A stretch of DNA of 64,000 bases from Kordiimonadales bacterium. GTDB taxonomy: Bacteria; Pseudomonadota; Alphaproteobacteria; Sphingomonadales; Kordiimonadaceae. Below, in pieces: positions 50,617-59,972 of this stretch. The DNA lies in NCBI GenBank assembly GCA_002401685.1, contig NVTU01000005.1:34-64033 (forward strand), in the 5' to 3' direction. The position numbers were made by a program, and so were the translations under genes. Positions within the stretch are counted from its first letter, which is position 1. Each line of letters opens with the position of its first letter. Under the pieces are notes generated by a model. It saw nothing but the letters and a program-made list of their open reading frames with translations. It did no database searches and was not told where the DNA came from.

Positions 50617-51224
50617 TGCGGGGCTATTTTGGTATTGGCATCGACAGTGCGTCGAAGGCTGGCAATATGGGAAACCTGATCCGAACGGCGCACGCCTTTG
50701 GGGCATCGTTCGCTTTTGCGGTGAACCCCAAGCGGTTTACCCATAACGGCGAGATGGTTACCAAGGAATTTACTGATACCAGCAAAAGCCATCAGCAGAT
50801 CCCGTTTTTCAATTACGAAACTGCCGCAGATGTAGAGGTACCTCAAGGCTGTCATCTGGTGGGTATCGAAATTTGTGATGAGGCAATTGACCTGCCGAGC
50901 TTCAAGCACCCCTTGCAAGCAGTGTATGTACTGGGCGGTGAACGCTCGTCCTTAAGTGACGAAATGCGCGAACGTTGTAGCCAGATGATCAAAATCCCGA
51001 CAAAATTCAGTCTTAATGTTGCGACAGCTGGCGCAATCGTTATGTATGATAGGCATCGGTTGCTCGGTGGTTATGCAGACAGGCCGATTGTTACGGGGCG
51101 TGCGCCAGATGCAAAGCCTGTGCATGTGCACGGGGGCGTTAAAGACCGCCATGCGCTTAAGCGGGCCCGTAAACTGAAAGAAGCCTTGGCAGCAGGTAAT
51201 ATGCCGGGCAAAGATGACATTTAA
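50616..51224 (+). CDS. TrmH/SpoU family RNA methyltransferase
   Basis: NMGNLIRTAHAFGA, LGGE, FSLNVATAGAIVMYDR. Confidence 0.92.
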   Translation: MRGYFGIGIDSASKAGNMGNLIRTAHAFGASFAFAVNPKRFTHNGEMVTKEFTDTSKSHQQIPFFNYETAADVEVPQGCHLVGIEICDEAIDLPSFKHPLQAVYVLGGERSSLSDEMRERCSQMIKIPTKFSLNVATAGAIVMYDRHRLLGGYADRPIVTGRAPDAKPVHVHGGVKDRHALKRARKLKEALAAGNMPGKDDI

Positions 51225-51257
51225 AATAGCCGACAAGGCACTAGGAGCAAAAAAGAC

Positions 51258-51800
51258 ATGGTAAAAAACAGCACATTCGTAAAAAGCTTACTGTTAGCTT
51301 CGTCGGTTGCGCTGGTGATGCCAATGGCTTCTACCGCCGGTGCCGCACAGGACAGCCGTAGGCACTTAGGTTCTTACAGGGACTGGGATGCCTTCGTTTA
51401 CGGCACAGGTGCCAAACGCACATGCCATATGATCTCGGTGCCTAAATCTTCGAATGCCAATAAAAAGAACGTTCGTAGGGGCGATATTTATGTGATGGTC
51501 TCGCACCGTCCTGAATACGGTGTGATAGGCGAAATAAACGCTGTGCTTGGCTACCCAATTCGCCAAGGAAGCACTGCCGCGATTAATGTTGATGGCCGCA
51601 AAAAAGTAGAATTCTTCACTGAGGGCAGCGGCGCTTGGGCTTATGACCCGAAAGACGATGCCGCCGTGGTTGCCTCGATGAAGCGGGGTAGCGGCATGAC
51701 AGTGAAAGCTGCAAGCCAGCGCGGCACCAGAACAACGGACCGCTTCAGCCTTTCGGGCTTCACTGCAGCCTATAATGCCATATCCAAAGCCTGCGGATAG
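51258..51800 (+). CDS. Invasion-associated locus B (IalB) family protein
   Basis: Signal peptide; DW..F.....C, AW, MKRG, DRFSLSGFTAAY...C; usual position before rlmN. Confidence 0.85.
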   Translation: MVKNSTFVKSLLLASSVALVMPMASTAGAAQDSRRHLGSYRDWDAFVYGTGAKRTCHMISVPKSSNANKKNVRRGDIYVMVSHRPEYGVIGEINAVLGYPIRQGSTAAINVDGRKKVEFFTEGSGAWAYDPKDDAAVVASMKRGSGMTVKAASQRGTRTTDRFSLSGFTAAYNAISKACG

Positions 51801-51939
51801 CGTAGCGTGGGTGAAGCCGGATGACGGGGACCGCTCTCAATTCATAGTCTGGGTATGCTAAACGTAGGTTATTTTGACTTGTGTTGACGGTGAAAAGTCG
51901 CTGCCATAAGGTTTTTCCTTGGGTAATTAAAAATCAGGG

Positions 51940-52488
51940 GTGAAAACTATGTTGAAGGTTCTTTTGGTTTTAGTGGTTCTTGTTGGGCATGCGCCTTCTT
52001 ATGCGGCAGAGGAACAAATGCCAGACTATGTGGGTCAATACACAAACGATCCCGCTGAAATTAAAGCCATTGAAGCTGTTATTGCCGATTTTCAAAAAGG
52101 TATTATCGAGCACGACGGCGCGTTAATTAACTCACTGTTTTTACACGATGATATCTTGTGGATGAATGCGGGGTCTCGGCCGTTGAAAACTCCGACTGAG
52201 GCACAGGGAGACCCAAATTTCCTGAAAAAGCGCCTATCGGGGCGAGCTCAGGGGTTTGTGAAGTTTGTCACTGAAGCCAAGATGGCGATTGAAGAGCGCT
52301 TTTATAATGTCAAGATCACACAGGACCTTGGCTTTGCACTGGTGGTGTTTGATTATGATTTCCGGATGGCCGGCAAGGTTACAAACTACGGTATCGAGAC
52401 ATGGCAGATGTTTAAACTGGACGGCAATTGGCGCATCGCCACCGTTACCTGGTCAGCAACGTCCTTGGATAAAATGCCGGATCACTAG
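51940..52488 (+). CDS. Secreted NTF2/SnoaL-like family protein
   Basis: Signal peptide; IEERFYNVKI..D...ALVVFDYDF....TNYGIETWQMFK..GNWRIATV.WS. Confidence 0.8.
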   Translation: MKTMLKVLLVLVVLVGHAPSYAAEEQMPDYVGQYTNDPAEIKAIEAVIADFQKGIIEHDGALINSLFLHDDILWMNAGSRPLKTPTEAQGDPNFLKKRLSGRAQGFVKFVTEAKMAIEERFYNVKITQDLGFALVVFDYDFRMAGKVTNYGIETWQMFKLDGNWRIATVTWSATSLDKMPDH

Positions 52489-52653
52489 AGACGATGTTTC
52501 ACTTTATGGTTTAATCAGCTGGGTTTTGCTCAGTTGGCCCATTGGCGCCGTGCAGTGTCTGAGGGAAAATTTGTTGAACACTTTCCGGCCGTTGGGATCC
52601 GCGGGGTAATTTTTACTTTCAATCGCTGTTGCGGTAATGATCTGGATCGCAGC

Positions 52654-53508
52654 TCATTTGCCATCCAAGTTCTTTGGCTTGGTATTTAACTGGTCCTTAT
52701 ACCGCCTGCTGGCGCGTAGGGTCTCGCCGCCGCGTAGCTTCACTGATAGGTCTCCGCCTGCGATGGGCCTTGTCTCTACAATGGCTTGGCGGTTTACAAC
52801 AAACGAGCGGTGGATGCGGACGGCGTCGCACCCGGCTTTCTGAAGCGCCTCGGTTAGTTCTGCCAAGGTGATCCGCGCCAACTGTTCGCCGGAAACTGAT
52901 GTGATCTCTGCATAGTTGCTGGCGCTTTTTGCATATAGAAATTCCTGCGGATAAATGAGCAGGCTTGTACCGCCGCTTTTCAAGTGGATAGGTTCGGCTG
53001 TCACTTTCTTCGCGTGTTTTGCCTGCATAAGCTGCCGCTGCAACACCGCGATGAGAAGGAGCAGCAGGAAGGTGATCGCATCCTTTCTATACTCATAGAA
53101 ACTGTTGACCAGCACCGCGTCGCTGTAAAACTCATAATGGCCACGAAACAGACCAGGCCAAAAAATCTTGCGAATGCCGATCATAATTGACACATGAAAG
53201 GTGGAGAACACCCCGCTGAGCACCGTGTAAGGTATGATCAGGCGAAGCCACGTAGCCCGCGATAAGGGAATTCTGTCGAATAATGCAAAGAGAAACGGTA
53301 AAATCAGGATGATGCTGACGAAACTCGAATATTCCTCAAGCACAGCTTTTTGCCACAGCATCGGGGCGCCAAACTTCTCAGCGTCAGCAAGCTTGGTCGC
53401 GGTGTTGGTTGCCGCAATTATAAAGGTCACCACGGCGAGTAGCCATAGAATAGGGTCTTTGACGCGCAAGTAGACTTGCTGCTGGTAAGATTTCAAAAAG
53501 TCAGTCAT
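52654..53508 (-). CDS. Membrane-anchored one-component LytTR regulator
   Basis: Four TM segments, then SASNYAE, RIHRSFVVN, RASRRY LytTR domain; no receiver domain. Confidence 0.9.
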   Translation of the reverse strand: MTDFLKSYQQQVYLRVKDPILWLLAVVTFIIAATNTATKLADAEKFGAPMLWQKAVLEEYSSFVSIILILPFLFALFDRIPLSRATWLRLIIPYTVLSGVFSTFHVSIMIGIRKIFWPGLFRGHYEFYSDAVLVNSFYEYRKDAITFLLLLLIAVLQRQLMQAKHAKKVTAEPIHLKSGGTSLLIYPQEFLYAKSASNYAEITSVSGEQLARITLAELTEALQKAGCDAVRIHRSFVVNRQAIVETRPIAGGDLSVKLRGGETLRASRRYKDQLNTKPKNLDGK

Positions 53509-53562
53509 GCCTGCAGTATATGCTGATGGGGCCTGCTGTAAACTCCATAAGGACCAACGGTA

Positions 53563-53628
53563 TTACCGCTTGCCCCACGGGGTTATCCGCTTAGCCCACT
53601 CGCGTTATTCACCCTCACCGCTTATCCC
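53563..53628 (+). promoter_or_regulatory. Three CCGCTT direct repeats (candidate LytTR sites)
   Basis: CCGCTTGCCC (53566), CCGCTTAGCCC (53587) and CCGCTTATCCC (53618); spacings 21 and 31 bp; between the divergent LytTR and acyltransferase genes. Confidence 0.6.
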
Positions 53629-53717
53629 TGATGGTGTGGTGCCGGCCCAAGTTGGGTGCTTACAGTGTCTATTGTCCGTAGGGTCGAGTTTCCCGATCAC
53701 GACACAACGAGAAGAAA

Positions 53718-54920
53718 ATGGAAAACCCCGACATGCAACCAAGCGCTCAGAATACACGCCGTTACGACCTCGATTGGCTCAGGATTATCGCCTTTGGCCT
53801 CCTGATCCTTTACCATATTGGCATGTTTTATGTCTCTTGGGGTTGGCATGTTAAAAGCCCGCACGCTGGGCCCTTTGCAGAACCAGCCATGATGCTGCTG
53901 AACCCATGGAGGATGCCGCTTCTATTTTTGATTTCCGGCGTCGCCATTATTTTTGCAGCGGAGAAAATGGGGCTAAAAACTCTAAGTTGGAAACGCACGG
54001 TTCGGCTGTTGGTGCCTCTGATTTTTGGTGTCGTCTTCATCGTTGCGCCGCAATCCTATTACGAATTGTTGGCAAAAGGCGAAATTCAGGTTGGGTATCT
54101 CGAATTTTACCAAACTTACATTTCTGGCGACGGGGATTACTCAGTTACGGTCCCGACGTGGAACCATCTTTGGTATCTCGTTTACCTGATAACCTACTCA
54201 CTGATCGTCTTGCCGTTTGTGCCAGTGATAAACCGGCTGGCCAAAAAGATGGATACACAGAGCTTTGAGCGGTTGATGGGTGGTGGTCGCATCTTCCTTA
54301 TCCCCGCGCTCCTCTTTGTGATCTACCGCTTCACTACGGATATATGGTTTCCGGATCACACCCATGCGCTGGTTGATGATTGGGGGGCCCATGCCCACTA
54401 TTTCAGTTACTTCGTCGTTGGTATGTTGATCGCGAAAAATCAAGCGTTCTGGCGCGTTCTGGGCGCCACGTGGCGGACCGGAGTAGTGTTCGTTCTGGTC
54501 TCAGGGGCTATCATGTTGCCCATGTGGGTCAACTGGGAGAACTGGACGGTAAACCAGTGGTTTGTTGATATCATTCGGGCGTGGCGGGTTATATACGCAT
54601 GGGCCGTTATAGCGACGGTGATGGGCGCAGCGCAATGTTATCTGAACCGCCCTAGCAAGCGGCTGAGCTACCTGACCGAAGCGGTATTTCCCTACTATAT
54701 CCTGCACCAGACACTAATTGTTGTAATTGGGGTGGCTGCGGCTTCACTTGGTTTGCCTGCTGCGATTGAGTTTTTGACCGTGCTCGTGGGGACGGTGCTT
54801 GGGTGTTTGCTCTTGCACGAATTTATCATTCGCCGTGTGGTGTTCCTGCGACCGCTCTTCGGGCTGCCGTTAAAACCAAAACAGCGCCAGCCAGAGGAAA
54901 AGCTTCAACCCGCAGAATAG
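53718..54920 (+). CDS. Acyltransferase-3 family protein (OpgC/MdoC-like)
   Basis: RRYDLDWLR, WRMPLLFLISG, HLWYL, EAVFPYYILHQT. Confidence 0.9.
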   Translation: MENPDMQPSAQNTRRYDLDWLRIIAFGLLILYHIGMFYVSWGWHVKSPHAGPFAEPAMMLLNPWRMPLLFLISGVAIIFAAEKMGLKTLSWKRTVRLLVPLIFGVVFIVAPQSYYELLAKGEIQVGYLEFYQTYISGDGDYSVTVPTWNHLWYLVYLITYSLIVLPFVPVINRLAKKMDTQSFERLMGGGRIFLIPALLFVIYRFTTDIWFPDHTHALVDDWGAHAHYFSYFVVGMLIAKNQAFWRVLGATWRTGVVFVLVSGAIMLPMWVNWENWTVNQWFVDIIRAWRVIYAWAVIATVMGAAQCYLNRPSKRLSYLTEAVFPYYILHQTLIVVIGVAAASLGLPAAIEFLTVLVGTVLGCLLLHEFIIRRVVFLRPLFGLPLKPKQRQPEEKLQPAE

Positions 54921-55115
54921 GTGTCGCTTCATATCCGTGAGTGTCTCAGGGGTATGTCTATGGCTTGATCGACAGTAAGCAAAAACTATTGGCTACTGTC
55001 GGTCTATTGTCCTCTGGCTGCTGCAGATATGCGGTATGGTGTCGCCCCAATCATTGGGACCTATCCTAGCGTGCAAGTTTCATTTTGATTGCGGGGCGCA
55101 TTAGGGAGAACAGCT

Positions 55116-55487
55116 ATGAACACCTTGCTTATCGCGGCGTCTGTGACCGGCTTTGTTACCTTCGCTGTCCATACTTGGGTCGGCACACCGCGTGTAGCAT
55201 GGCCTATTATGGCAACGGATCTAGCTGAACCGGTAAAATGTATCAATTTTGGGAGCTGGCACGGTATGACCGCTTGCCTGTTTTTTATGGCCAGCGCTTT
55301 TGCAATTGCTTCCATCTATCCAGAAGCGATTGAGCTGGCGTGGTTCGCATTCCTCTATAATGTCTCCATGCTGATCCTGTCAGTTGTTCTGGTGATCAAA
55401 TTAAAACAAAGTTTCAAGCGTATCATTCACTGGATGATGTTCTCAACAACGTCCCTGTTGGCGGGTTTTGGGTTGCTTGCCGGATAA
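55116..55487 (+). CDS. Four-helix membrane protein of unknown function
   Basis: GGGAG RBS; VHTWVG and SWH motifs; four hydrophobic segments. Confidence 0.75.
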   Translation: MNTLLIAASVTGFVTFAVHTWVGTPRVAWPIMATDLAEPVKCINFGSWHGMTACLFFMASAFAIASIYPEAIELAWFAFLYNVSMLILSVVLVIKLKQSFKRIIHWMMFSTTSLLAGFGLLAG

Positions 55488-55617
55488 GCGATTACCTTTG
55501 ACTCTTATGCGCTCGAGGCGTAGAGAGCGGCATATCAAGTAACCTCTTCCCGGTGGAACGCCCGGAAGACAGAAACGCCCTGGCGCAGTTTTGGCTGCAA
55601 AAGGCAGGAAGAAAAAG

Positions 55618-56832
55618 ATGCAAGTCACTCCTAACGGCCACGAGCCGATTATCTCACCACGGGTAAATTTTGCGGATCCTAGCGGCAAAGTAAATCTGCT
55701 TGGCCTCAGCCGTGAGGAGCTGAAAGACGCGCTCCGCGATTTCGGTGTGCCTGAAAAGCAGTTACGCATGCGTGCGACACAGCTTTGGCACTGGGTTTAT
55801 CACCGCGGTGCCAGTGACTTTGATTTGATGACAACTATTTCTAAAGACATGCGCGCCAAGCTTAAGGAAGCCTTTGTTGTTGAGCGGCCTGAGATTGTTG
55901 AAGCGCAATATTCTGAGGACGGCACCCGCAAATATCTGATCCGTTTCGCTGACGGCAATGAAGCTGAAGCCGTATATATCCCAGAAGAAGACCGCGGCAC
56001 CTTGTGTGTTTCCAGCCAAGTTGGCTGCACACTGAACTGTAAATTCTGCCACACAGGTACTATGCGCCTTGTGCGCAACCTAACAGCTGGCGAAATCGTT
56101 GCGCAAATGATGATCGCACGGGATGACCTTGGCGAATGGGAAAACCCTACCAAGGGCCGAAAGGTCACCAACATCGTGATGATGGGCATGGGCGAGCCGC
56201 TTTATAATTTTGATAATGTTAAGCAGGCGCTTGAGATCATTATGGACGAAGAAGGCATTCAGCTTTCTCGCCGCCGGATCACGCTTTCTACCTCTGGCGT
56301 CGTGCCGCATATGGAACGGGCAGGAAAAGAGATCGGCGTAAACCTCGCGGTATCGCTGCACGCTGTCACCGACGAAATCCGCTCCGAGATCATGCCGATC
56401 AACAAGAAATATAATCTTGATGCTGTTTTGACGGCCTGCGCCAATTACCCTGGTGCCCATAACGCCCGCCGGATCACGTTTGAATATGCGATGCTGAAAG
56501 GTATTAACGACAGCGACGAAGATGCCCGCCAACTTGTGCAGCTGATGCGCAAATACAAGCTACCGGCAAAAGTAAACCTGATCCCGTTCAACCCGTGGCC
56601 GGGTGTGGAATATGAATGTTCCAGCGATGAACGCATCAAACGTTTCTCTGATATCATTTATGAAGAAGGCATATCTGCGCCAGTACGCAGGCCTAGGGGC
56701 CGCGATATTATGGCAGCGTGCGGCCAGCTGAAATCAGCGTCCGAGAAGAAATCAAAAGCGCAAATCGCTCGTGATTTGGCGGCCGCAGCCGCGCTTACTG
56801 AACACCAACATTCGGCAACCGGTTTAAGCTGA
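55618..56832 (+). CDS. rlmN: Dual-specificity 23S rRNA/tRNA methyltransferase RlmN
   Basis: [33 protein letters not shown]. Confidence 0.97.
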   Translation: MQVTPNGHEPIISPRVNFADPSGKVNLLGLSREELKDALRDFGVPEKQLRMRATQLWHWVYHRGASDFDLMTTISKDMRAKLKEAFVVERPEIVEAQYSEDGTRKYLIRFADGNEAEAVYIPEEDRGTLCVSSQVGCTLNCKFCHTGTMRLVRNLTAGEIVAQMMIARDDLGEWENPTKGRKVTNIVMMGMGEPLYNFDNVKQALEIIMDEEGIQLSRRRITLSTSGVVPHMERAGKEIGVNLAVSLHAVTDEIRSEIMPINKKYNLDAVLTACANYPGAHNARRITFEYAMLKGINDSDEDARQLVQLMRKYKLPAKVNLIPFNPWPGVEYECSSDERIKRFSDIIYEEGISAPVRRPRGRDIMAACGQLKSASEKKSKAQIARDLAAAAALTEHQHSATGLS

Positions 56833-56874
56833 CGCTAACAGTGAGGAAATGCCTGCCGGTATTTGTTATCACCC

Positions 56875-58290
56875 CTAGTCCTGCTTTTTGGCGGTCATTC
56901 CCCAAAAAGTTAGGGTGCGCTCCTCTAGTTGAATGGTGACTTCCTCGCCGTCCTCAATCATGATCAATTTGTTGTCGCTAACGGGGTATAAATCATGCGT
57001 AGACCCCCGGGGCGTAGTCATTTGTAGATGATCGCCATTGGCTTTCAGTCGAACAGTAAAGCCAGCTGGGTTCATTTTATATTGCCCGGCTAGATTTGCG
57101 AGATCTTGGAAACTCCAGCGCTGCCTTTTTATACGCTTAGGCTTATAGGCAGACCAACCAAGCTGGGATGACAAGCTGCGCATCATTTCATCTATTAGGC
57201 GGTTTCCAGCATTTCCGTTTGTCATAATAACGGCAGCATCCCCTCTTTCTGGAAAGGCTACCATGTAGGACCGGTACCCGTGCGTCCAGCCTGCATGGTC
57301 CACAAGAAGGTCTCGTCCAGAACCGTGTGCCCCAAAGCCAAGCCCCATGTTCTGGTCTATAGGTCGAGCTAATCGCTCGGCTAACGCGCTCGAAAAAAGA
57401 GTTTGGTCATTGCCCTGATAGGCCTTTAAAAATGCAATCAACACGTTGGCAAGGTCTGTTGGTGTTGACCACAATCCAGCAGGTGCGGCTTGTGGGTATA
57501 TAAGCCACCCTCCCTGGATCGCCTCTGTATTATACCTATGCCCCATTGCAATATCGGAATGTTGATCATCCACCTGCAAGGTGTTGAAGTGGCTGAGTAT
57601 GGCGCCGGAGGGCCGAAAAACCCGTCGCGCCATAAAGCGCGGGAAGGATAGTCCAGTTTTGCTTTCTATCAGCTTTTGGAGCACCATATACCCTCCGCCG
57701 GAGTATCGAAATTTCCCGCGAGAATCAGCCGCACCAACAGCCTTTGATTTGGAGTTAGGTGCACCATTTAAAATTTGGAGGATAGAAGGTAAAACTTCTT
57801 CCAAGCTGAATCCGGGATAGCTTGGGACATTCACGCCGCCAGTATGAGACAGTAGATCTGCGATGGTGACTTTATCGCCTTTTGGCAGTTTCCAGCCCTT
57901 TAGATGGCTATTCACAGGGTCATCCAGTGAAAAACCGCCATCATCAGCCAGCGCGAGAATGCCAAGTGCCGTAATTGCTTTGCTAAGCGAAGCGGCCTGA
58001 AAAAGAGTTGTGGTGGTGGCTGGCTGTTCCCCACCTTTTGTCAGCGTGCCGTAGGACTTTGTGAACGTAAGTTTGCCATCGCGAACAACGGCAACGCTGA
58101 CGGCAGAAATACCATAACGCATCATTCTTTCAGAAAGGTTCGATGTCTCTCTTTCACCGTCGAAAACAACTGCGGGTCTAAGGGAGGCAAGAAACCGTTC
58201 TTCGTCGAAGCTTGCATTTTCCTTAGGCGGGGTAGCAAGACCACATACAGAGATAGCAATGACCAAAAGAGAAAAGGTTAACCACTTCAA
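56875..58290 (-). CDS. Secreted serine hydrolase (beta-lactamase family)
   Basis: FQAASLSK (SxxK), LLSHTGG, FRYSGGGY, HAG; TTG start after GGAGGA. Confidence 0.9.
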   Translation of the reverse strand: MKWLTFSLLVIAISVCGLATPPKENASFDEERFLASLRPAVVFDGERETSNLSERMMRYGISAVSVAVVRDGKLTFTKSYGTLTKGGEQPATTTTLFQAASLSKAITALGILALADDGGFSLDDPVNSHLKGWKLPKGDKVTIADLLSHTGGVNVPSYPGFSLEEVLPSILQILNGAPNSKSKAVGAADSRGKFRYSGGGYMVLQKLIESKTGLSFPRFMARRVFRPSGAILSHFNTLQVDDQHSDIAMGHRYNTEAIQGGWLIYPQAAPAGLWSTPTDLANVLIAFLKAYQGNDQTLFSSALAERLARPIDQNMGLGFGAHGSGRDLLVDHAGWTHGYRSYMVAFPERGDAAVIMTNGNAGNRLIDEMMRSLSSQLGWSAYKPKRIKRQRWSFQDLANLAGQYKMNPAGFTVRLKANGDHLQMTTPRGSTHDLYPVSDNKLIMIEDGEEVTIQLEERTLTFWGMTAKKQD

Positions 58291-58652
58291 TACGTCCTCC
58301 CCATTTTTGATGAGGATAATCGCTAAGACCTGATTAGCTGTCAAGCGTCAGAAAACTCACGGCTTAAATGGCGAGCAGTGACTGGTTTTGAAAAGCATGA
58401 TGGCAGGGTGACTCAACCGCAGTCTTTGCAAAAAGAAAACTATGTATTTCTAGTGATAAAAAATGGCTGTTCTGTTCGCCTTCTTGGGCAGAGACAAGGA
58501 GAAAATGACTAAGGTGTCGCATCGGAAATTCTTTAATTCTACATCGAGGCGTTGAAGCGAATCCCGCTTATATTTCTCAATTTCTGAATTCGTTAACAAT
58601 TTTTTTTGCAAATGAAAAAGCATATCCTGTGGTTTTTCTTTAACCGCAGAGA

Positions 58653-58811
58653 CTATGAAATGCTGCTTAGCGTCATGGGGGGATATCGAGCGTTGGTCGG
58701 GTACAGTATCCCGTGATCCAAAAGTTTTGCACCGGCACGATAAAATCGATGTTGGATACTGGTGGTGCCGGATTTCGCCGTACTTAAATGTAACACGCAG
58801 CGCTTGATCAC
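58653..58811 (-). pseudogene. Truncated sulfotransferase-like (P-loop) gene relic
   Basis: CVLHLSTAKSGTTSIQ...L.DHGILYP matches the LHIG..KTGTTSIQ...GILYP N-terminus, then stops after 52 codons. Confidence 0.65.
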
Positions 58812-58924
58812 TATAAAACTCTTTTGACTTTGTGTTCTATAAGAAAACAAAGTCAAAAGAGGCTTGCTCAAATAAAGCAGGCTTAACGTTTTTTATGTAG
58901 GTTACTCGGGTGTAAATACTCGGT

Positions 58925-59674
58925 TTACTGACTATCTGCCACCGCTTGTGCCGCTTGCATGAAAGCCCATACTTCGTTTGAGAACGGCTTTTCAGGGCCA
59001 TCCTCAGGCCATTCGTCCATATTGTCATAAAGCTTTGCTGCAGCCCGCGTTAGCGAGGGGTCAATGTCGTAGATCACTTGTGTCATTGCGTTCCATTCAA
59101 GCAGAATTTTCTGCGCTTCCTCACTGGCTGGATCACTCCCCATGATTTTCTCTGTACGGGCTAAAAGTGCGGGCCACGAGACCTCATTTGCTTTCATCAC
59201 ATCGTCTGGTACAGCGTCCTTAGCGGCAGCCCAGCGCTGGCTTTCTTCGGGCGTATAGAATTTGTCCCATACCTTTTGCCATTTTTTCTCACTCATTGCC
59301 GATTCTCCTAGTTTTATCATGTTGCAAAGGGTGAAAAGGTCGGTGGTGTCTCCTGTGAGGCCCTTGAGGGCATCATCGATGGACGCAATTGCTGCTGTGG
59401 TGTCCTCAAGCTGTGACTGCAGAAGCTCGCGTTGCAGCGAAAGCACGGATCTGGCATTTATTTGAGTTGTACCCAGCATGCTGCTGATCTGTTTGAGTGT
59501 GAAACCAGCGCGTTTCAAAAGCTGAATTTGCTGCAGGCGGGTAATATCGGGGTATCTGTACACCCTTTGCCCCGCCTCACTTCTGGTGGGGGCAAGCAAG
59601 CCTTTGCTTTCATAGTAGCGCAGCGTGCGCACTGTTACTGCGGAGCGGCCCGCAAGTTCACCAATCGTCAGCAT
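58925..59674 (-). CDS. MerR family regulator with TipAS-like ligand-binding domain
   Basis: LTIGELA....VTVRTLRYYESKGLLAP..SEAGQRVY; DPASEEAQ...W C-terminal domain; GGAGG RBS. Confidence 0.92.
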   Translation of the reverse strand: MLTIGELAGRSAVTVRTLRYYESKGLLAPTRSEAGQRVYRYPDITRLQQIQLLKRAGFTLKQISSMLGTTQINARSVLSLQRELLQSQLEDTTAAIASIDDALKGLTGDTTDLFTLCNMIKLGESAMSEKKWQKVWDKFYTPEESQRWAAAKDAVPDDVMKANEVSWPALLARTEKIMGSDPASEEAQKILLEWNAMTQVIYDIDPSLTRAAAKLYDNMDEWPEDGPEKPFSNEVWAFMQAAQAVADSQ

Positions 59675-59707
59675 TTTTTCCTCCAAACCATTTCACTTTG
59701 TCTCGCC

Positions 59708-59793
59708 TACTGCACCGGCCCCCACCCCCTACCCGGTCACCCACGAGAGTATCCTTATTGGGTGGCCGGGTGGGGGTGTGGGCCGGTGCAGTA
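59708..59793 (-). other. 86-nt GC-rich hairpin in the merR 5' leader (possible cis-regulatory RNA or mobile palindrome)
   Basis: Arms 59708-59743 and 59759-59793 pair with 2 mismatches and 1 bulge around a 15-nt loop. Confidence 0.85.
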
Positions 59794-59810
59794 AACGACG
59801 AACAAATGAG

Positions 59811-59841
59811 TCTCTAGGACCTGACGTTACGTCAGGGGCAA
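59811..59841 (-). promoter_or_regulatory. MerR/TipA-type promoter with operator in a 19-bp spacer
   Basis: -35 TTGCCC, 19-bp spacer, -10-like TAGAGA. Dyad CCTGACGT-A-ACGTCAGG (59820-59836) is similar to the Streptomyces ptipA operator CCTCACGTCACGTGAGG. Confidence 0.8.
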
Positions 59842-59972
59842 GAACAAAATTACACAAATTTACGATTTTACAGAAAACTTATGCCAGCGCACTATCAGGT
59901 CTTGTTTGACGGCGCGAACAATCTGCCTATATTCACCCGCGAACACTACCCCTATCCCCAACGGAGTTTCTA

